A stretch of 64,000 bases of DNA, from contig JAUIDB010000001.1 of the NCBI GenBank assembly GCA_030429235.1, positions 157,696 to 221,695 on the forward strand. Direction: 5' to 3'. Below the pieces are notes generated by a model. It saw nothing but the letters and a program-made list of their open reading frames with translations. It did no database searches and had not been told where the DNA came from. The stretch comes from Thermoanaerobaculia bacterium. GTDB lineage: Bacteria > Acidobacteriota > Thermoanaerobaculia > Multivoradales > JAIOJS01. How positions within the stretch are numbered: position 1 is the stretch's first letter; every line of letters begins with the position of its first letter. This document shows, piece after piece, positions 59,156 to 64,000 of the stretch. The translations under genes were made by a program, and so were the position numbers.

Positions 59156-60015
59156 CTTTTCTCTCCCATCGGAAGGGTGGGGATCGGTCGGAGTCCGAAC
59201 TCGGGTCGGGCCAATCGTCGGCTTCCGTTGTCGTGTCGGTAGGTATCGAAGAAGGCGCGCAGCGCGTGCTGCCCGGAGCTCGCTCCCCAGCCGGCGATCG
59301 CCGACAGTGCCGGCGCCAGCTCCTGGCCCGCGCCGAGGTCGAGGACCAGTCGATGCCAGGCGGCGGGCGCCTCGCCGGCGGCGGCGGCCCGCAGCCAGGC
59401 GGCGGAGACCCTGGTGGTGCGGGGGGCGTGTTCGAGGACGCAGGCTGCCGCGTGGGGCAGCCGCGGGTGCCGCAGTGCGTGCAGGGCGAAGAGACAACCG
59501 ACGAGGAGATCGTCTCCGGCTGGGGTGAGGCCGGGCCCCAGGCCGACGAGGTCGCGGATCGCGGCGGACGACCGGTCGAGCTCGGCCGCCGCCTGCCAGC
59601 TGTCTAAGAACGTCTCCCAGGCAGCCTCGAGACGCGGACCGGAGACCGGCCAGGCCTGCGCCGCCAGCGGGAGATGGGGCGGACAGGAATCCCAGGCCGG
59701 GACCGGATCGAAACGCGGCACCCGGCGCAGGCAAAGCTCGAAATCGTCGCCGACCAGTCCGCCGTCGACCACGCGCAGCCCGGCCACCCGCCCGACCCGA
59801 TTCCAGCGGTCCAGGAGCCGGTCATCTCGAGCCAGGGTAGCGAAGAGAGGGGCCCCACCACTGCCGGCGTCGGCGACCGCCGCCACCTCGCCCCGCTCGT
59901 TCTCGAAGTAGGCCGCCCGGCGACCGAGATGGATCAGCCGAGCTCGCTCGCTGGTGGCGCACCAGGCCGCGAAGCGGGGGGCGACGAGGTCCGGTCGATG
60001 CAGAGAACGGGGCAT
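59152..60015 (-). CDS. DUF2877 (YlbF/YahE; AllH-like) protein
   Basis: LVGLGPGLTPAGDDLLVG, TT.VS...L, G.SSG. Confidence 0.85.
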   Translation of the reverse strand: MPRSLHRPDLVAPRFAAWCATSERARLIHLGRRAAYFENERGEVAAVADAGSGGAPLFATLARDDRLLDRWNRVGRVAGLRVVDGGLVGDDFELCLRRVPRFDPVPAWDSCPPHLPLAAQAWPVSGPRLEAAWETFLDSWQAAAELDRSSAAIRDLVGLGPGLTPAGDDLLVGCLFALHALRHPRLPHAAACVLEHAPRTTRVSAAWLRAAAAGEAPAAWHRLVLDLGAGQELAPALSAIAGWGASSGQHALRAFFDTYRHDNGSRRLARPEFGLRPIPTLPMGEKR

Positions 60016-60025
60016 GGGCCGAGCC

Positions 60026-62389
60026 TCAGCCGGCGGAGGTGTGAGCGGCCCGGGCTCGTTGGACCAGGTGCCAGAGTTTCGAGGGGTTCAGGGGGATCTG
60101 GAGGATCTCGAGACCGGGCAGATCGAGAGCGTTCTCCAGGGCCTGGGCAAAGAGGGCCCCAGTCGGGATCGCGCCCGCTTCGCCGGCGCCTTTGGTGCCC
60201 AGTTCGTTCAGAGGGGAGACCGTCTCTTCGTGGCCGACCTCGACCCGGGGGACGTCGAGCGAGGTCGGGAGCAGAAAGTCCATCAACGAGGCGTTCATCA
60301 GCTGTCCATTCTCGTCGTAGACCAGCTCCTCGTAAAAGCAGTTGCCGATGCCCTGGGCGACACCGCCGTGCACTTGACCGTCGACGATCAGGGGGTTGAG
60401 GATGCGTCCGCAGTCGTGGACCACGACGTAGCGGTGGATCGTGACGTCGTAGGTCTCGGGATCCACCTCGAGCACCATGGCGTGAGCACCGCTGGCGGTC
60501 GCACCGCGGTGCGGACCGAAGTACCGGGTCGCCTCGAGCCCGGGCTCGGTTCCCGGAGTCACCGCGCCGCGCATCGGATTGGCTTCGGCGGCGAGGGTAC
60601 CGAGCGCCATCGAGCGCGTGGGGTCGCTGACCACGCGCACCTCCGAGTCGACGAGCTCGAGTTCGTCCTCCGTAACCTCCAGCAGGCGAGCGGCAATCGC
60701 GAGGGTCTTGGCTCGGACCTCGACCGCGGCGGCGTGGACGGCGTTGCCCGCGACCACCGCACCCCGGCTGGCGAAGGTCCCCGTGCCCCAATGGAACTGG
60801 TCGGTATCGCCGGTGATGACGTCGACCGAGGTCACCGGAACCGCCAGTTGCTCGGCCGCGATCTGGGCCAGGACGGTGTAGTGGCCCTGTCCCTGGGTTC
60901 CCACGCCGGTCACCACCGTCACCCGCCCCGAGGTCTGGATCTGCACGCGGGCGCCCTCGAAAGGTCCGATGCCGGTCCCTTCGACGTAGGCCACGACGCC
61001 GATCCCGAGGAGACGACCTTCGGCCCGGGCGTTCGGCTGCTCGGACTCCAGGAACTGGTCCCAGCCGATGCGCTGGCGTGCCTGGTCGAGCAGCGGCTCG
61101 TAGTTGCCGCTGTCGTAGACCAGGGGCTGAAAGTCCTGGTAGATGATCGTCTGGTCGACCGGGAAGTCCTCTGGTTGGAGGAAGTTGCGACGTCGCACCT
61201 CGAACGGGTCGAGATCGAGCTCTCGGGCAACCAGGTCGAGGAGTCGTTCGATGACGAAGACGCCGTGCTGGCGGCCAGCGCCGCGGTAGGGAGTGACGAT
61301 CGTCTTGTTGGTGAAGACCGCCCGCATCTCGCTGTCGTAGGCGGGGATCCGGTACGGCCCGAGCAGGGTGCATTGGCTGTTGAGGGGCACGGTGAGACCG
61401 TAGGGGTCGTAGGCGCCGGTGTCGTGGAGGAACCGATCGCGGACTCCGAGGATCCGGCCTTCGGTATCGACCGCGATCTCGGCCTCGTGGATCTGGCCCC
61501 GTTCCTGGGTCGTGGCATAGAAGTTCTCGGAGCGGTCCTCGATCCACTTCACCGGTACCCCCAGTTGCAGGGCGAGCCACGGGATCAACACCTCCTCGGG
61601 GTAGAACATCATGATCTTGGGGCCGAAGCCGCCCCCGATGAACGGCGCGATCAGGTGGACCTGGTGTTCGGACAGTCCGAGCATGGCGGCGAGGCCGTTG
61701 CGCACCGGGATCGGCGCCTGGGTCGTATCCCAGATCGTCAGGCGGTCCTCGCGGGGATCCCACTCGGCCACCACGCCGCGGTTTTCGATGGCGGCCGAGG
61801 CGCCGCGGTCGTAGTCGAAGGTCCGGGCCAGGACCAGGTGGGCTTCGGCGCGGGCCGCGGCGTAGTCTCCCCGGGACTGGGGGACGAAGGCGGCGAGGTT
61901 GGAGTCGAGGTCGTCGTGGACGCGGGCCGCATCCGGTTCCAGGGCCGCCACCAGGTCGACCACGGCCGGTAGCGGTTCGTAGTCGACGAAGATCTGCTCG
62001 ACCGCGTCCTCGGCCAGGTAGCGGCTCTCGGCCACCACCAGCGCCACCGGCTCGCCGACGTGGCGCACCTTGTCGCGCGCCAGGGGCACCTGGGTCCGTT
62101 CGTGAAACTCCATGCCGGAGACGGGGGGCGGAGGGACGAGGAGGGGTCCGGGTTGCCAGTAGTCGCCGAGGTCGTCCGCGGTGTAGACCCCCAGCACCCC
62201 GGGCATCTGGAGAGCGGCCGAGGCGTCGATCGCTCCCAGCCGGGCGTGCGCGTGGGGGCTGCGCACGAACGCCACGTGGACCATGCCCGGTCGCTGCACA
62301 TCGTCGACGAACAGAGCCCGCCCCGTGAGCAACCTGGGATCCTCGTTACGGGGGGTCCGCCGTCCGAGCACGCGCCGATCCTCGCTCAT
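60026..62389 (-). CDS. Xanthine dehydrogenase family molybdopterin-binding large subunit (CoxL form II-like)
   Basis: ED.RLLTG, GGGFG, PYRGAGR, GQGH, SRG, GG.AQG, KGAGE. Confidence 0.92.
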   Translation of the reverse strand: MSEDRRVLGRRTPRNEDPRLLTGRALFVDDVQRPGMVHVAFVRSPHAHARLGAIDASAALQMPGVLGVYTADDLGDYWQPGPLLVPPPPVSGMEFHERTQVPLARDKVRHVGEPVALVVAESRYLAEDAVEQIFVDYEPLPAVVDLVAALEPDAARVHDDLDSNLAAFVPQSRGDYAAARAEAHLVLARTFDYDRGASAAIENRGVVAEWDPREDRLTIWDTTQAPIPVRNGLAAMLGLSEHQVHLIAPFIGGGFGPKIMMFYPEEVLIPWLALQLGVPVKWIEDRSENFYATTQERGQIHEAEIAVDTEGRILGVRDRFLHDTGAYDPYGLTVPLNSQCTLLGPYRIPAYDSEMRAVFTNKTIVTPYRGAGRQHGVFVIERLLDLVARELDLDPFEVRRRNFLQPEDFPVDQTIIYQDFQPLVYDSGNYEPLLDQARQRIGWDQFLESEQPNARAEGRLLGIGVVAYVEGTGIGPFEGARVQIQTSGRVTVVTGVGTQGQGHYTVLAQIAAEQLAVPVTSVDVITGDTDQFHWGTGTFASRGAVVAGNAVHAAAVEVRAKTLAIAARLLEVTEDELELVDSEVRVVSDPTRSMALGTLAAEANPMRGAVTPGTEPGLEATRYFGPHRGATASGAHAMVLEVDPETYDVTIHRYVVVHDCGRILNPLIVDGQVHGGVAQGIGNCFYEELVYDENGQLMNASLMDFLLPTSLDVPRVEVGHEETVSPLNELGTKGAGEAGAIPTGALFAQALENALDLPGLEILQIPLNPSKLWHLVQRARAAHTSAG

Positions 62390-63633
62390 GACAGGTACCG
62401 ATCGGCCCAGGCCACCAGCGCCTCTTCGAACAGTTCGATCGGCGGTCGCACGAGGCCGGCTCCGACCTGGCCAACGCCGGCCTCGCGGTGCGCGATGCCG
62501 GTGTTGACTCGCGGGGTCACGCCCAGTTCGACCACCTTCTGGAGATCGATACCGACCGGCGAGCCGCGGAAATCGAGGCTGGGAATGGTGAAGTGCTCGT
62601 GCTCGGCGACGGTGATCTCGTACATCTCGAGCGTGGCGGTGAGCGCGTCCTCGGGATGCCCGCCGATGAAGGTCACGATGGCGGGGGACGCGGCCATGGC
62701 AAAGGCGCCGATGCCGGCCGTTTCGGTGATCGTCGAGTCCCCGATGTCCCGGTTGGCGTCACTGGCCGAGAACCCGGGAAAGTAGAGCCCGTCGGGGATG
62801 GCGGCGGGACCGGTGAACCAGCTGCCCCCGAGCCCGCTGACCCGGATGCCGAAGTCGGTGCCGTTGCGGGCCATGGTGGTGACCAGGGTGCTGCCCTCGA
62901 CGCCGTGCGCGGCGTCCGCCATCGCCTTGCAGGCGGCCATGACCGGGTTGAGGACCGCCAGGGCGTTGCCGCCCAGGAAGTCGAGGATCTTCCCGACCTC
63001 CGCCCCGCCCTGGTCGGCGATCGCCGGCGCCAGGTGGCGCAGGAACAGTAGCGACCCTGCCTTGTTGCGGTTGTGGCCCTCGTCGCCCATGTGCAGGGCC
63101 TCGGCCAGCAGGGCTCGTAGGTCGATGCCGGCGCCCCCTTCGATGACCCCCAGGGCGCGGCCGATCGCCGGTCCGACGCGCTGGTTCAGAAAGCGCAGAC
63201 GCTCGAGCACGTCGGGCGCGAACGCACCGTACCGCAGGACTTTGCCGTAGCCTTCGTTGAGATTGGAGTAGGTCCGGTGGCCATGTTCGACGTCGTCGAC
63301 CACGTAGACGGCCATCGAGGGGGAGATGACCCCCGCCATCGGTCCCACGGCGGCGTGGTGGTGGCAGGGCGAAAAGCGGATCGCACCCTCGGCCAGGAGG
63401 GCCTCCGCGGCGGCAGGAGTCGTGGCCCGCTCCTCGAATAGCAGGGCGCCGATCAGGGCGCCGCGGAGGGGTCCGGACATCCGCTCCCACTCGATTGGCG
63501 GTCCGGCGTGGAGCAGCGTGTCCTCGTCCAGGTCGGGGATCACGTCTCGCGCCGTGGCGACCCCGGTGAGGCGGGGGCGCGAGGCGACGAGCCGAGCGAC
63601 GGCGGTCTGGTTGGCGTGGTTGAAGTCGATCAT
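62386..63633 (-). CDS. DUF1116 (YlbE/YahG; AllG-like) protein
   Basis: LLHAGPP, PCHHH.AVGPMAG, NEG.GKVLR.GA, MGDEGHNRN, MARNG, D.GDS.ITET, NTGIAH. Confidence 0.92.
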   Translation of the reverse strand: MIDFNHANQTAVARLVASRPRLTGVATARDVIPDLDEDTLLHAGPPIEWERMSGPLRGALIGALLFEERATTPAAAEALLAEGAIRFSPCHHHAAVGPMAGVISPSMAVYVVDDVEHGHRTYSNLNEGYGKVLRYGAFAPDVLERLRFLNQRVGPAIGRALGVIEGGAGIDLRALLAEALHMGDEGHNRNKAGSLLFLRHLAPAIADQGGAEVGKILDFLGGNALAVLNPVMAACKAMADAAHGVEGSTLVTTMARNGTDFGIRVSGLGGSWFTGPAAIPDGLYFPGFSASDANRDIGDSTITETAGIGAFAMAASPAIVTFIGGHPEDALTATLEMYEITVAEHEHFTIPSLDFRGSPVGIDLQKVVELGVTPRVNTGIAHREAGVGQVGAGLVRPPIELFEEALVAWADRYLS

Positions 63634-63676
63634 CTGCTGCTCCGGTCGGTTTGGACGCCAGGGGGGCACCGGCGAG

Positions 63677-64000
63677 TCAGCCCCGTTTCATACGTTCGAG
63701 AATGGAGGCGAGCCGTGGATTCCCCCCGGCCGGGGGGCGCCAGTCGACGGCCACGACTTCGGTTCCTTGTCCGGTCAGCGACTCGGCGAACGAGTCGAGG
63801 CCGAGGTGGATCACGGGTGCTGCTGCGAGGGCCGAGGCATCGACCGGGGTGTGGTCGCTCGGCGGCACGGGGCCGAGGTGGCGGCCTGCGATCCAGGCCA
63901 CGAGCTCACCGACCGTGGTGAAGACCTGGGCCCCGGTCTCGGCCAGTCGCCGGCGCTGAGCCTCTCGGTCCTGGGGGTCGTCGCGACTGCCGACCAGGAG
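63677..64000 (-). CDS. fdrA: FdrA/YahF-like protein (AllF-like), C-terminal part only
   Basis: Frame open to the window end: VGSRDDPQD...Q...L...G, HLGL.SFA.SL..QG..VV.VDWRPPAGGN. Confidence 0.85.
   Translation of the reverse strand, partial: LLVGSRDDPQDREAQRRRLAETGAQVFTTVGELVAWIAGRHLGPVPPSDHTPVDASALAAAPVIHLGLDSFAESLTGQGTEVVAVDWRPPAGGNPRLASILERMKRG

Noticed and set aside
60026..62389. Aerobic CO dehydrogenase (form I CoxL), suggested by the neighbouring coxG
   Set aside because: Active-site loop is PYRGAGR, not AYxCSFR; no Cu-ligating Cys; context points to heterocycle catabolism

Overview
High-GC bacterial chromosomal window with about 54 CDS and one tRNA. The gene content (GWxTD protein, DUF3467, lipoprotein sulfatase, GT-C membrane proteins, TPR/carboxypeptidase-regulatory protein) suggests Acidobacteriota, possibly Thermoanaerobaculia-like; this is inference. 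Housekeeping blocks: ppiD-ruvA-ruvB-lipid kinase; mreBCD-mrdA-rodA-rng; tRNA(CAT, probably Ile2)-C4 zinc ribbon-yggS-divIVA; rpsU-mutS2-dnaG-rpoD. Surface-glycan genes are split into several islets (two GT-C-like proteins + sulfatase-like + GT4 + asnB; wzm/wzt; GT2-acetyltransferase-SDR facing an O-antigen-ligase-like gene). The right end is a catabolic operon, truncated by the window edge, in which FdrA/DUF1116/DUF2877 (AllFGH-like) genes are interleaved with a molybdenum hydroxylase large subunit, CoxG and an NCS2 permease. No CRISPR array, rRNA, integrase or transposase was seen. Leading candidates for new biology: (1) a GAF - long acidic disordered linker - RomX-like protein overlapping a lytic transglycosylase gene; (2) a Kdo/WaaP-type kinase fused to a GH-A-like barrel lacking its acid/base Glu, at the end of the elongasome operon; (3) the AllFGH-like/Mo-hydroxylase hybrid operon; (4) a degenerate AbiEii/DUF6922 pair inside a housekeeping gene run; (5) repeated leaderless-type promoters; (6) a lipoprotein gene with no canonical start codon; (7) an HhH protein with an 18-nt-repeat, histone-H1-like tail. 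All family calls come from motif recognition by eye, not database searches.
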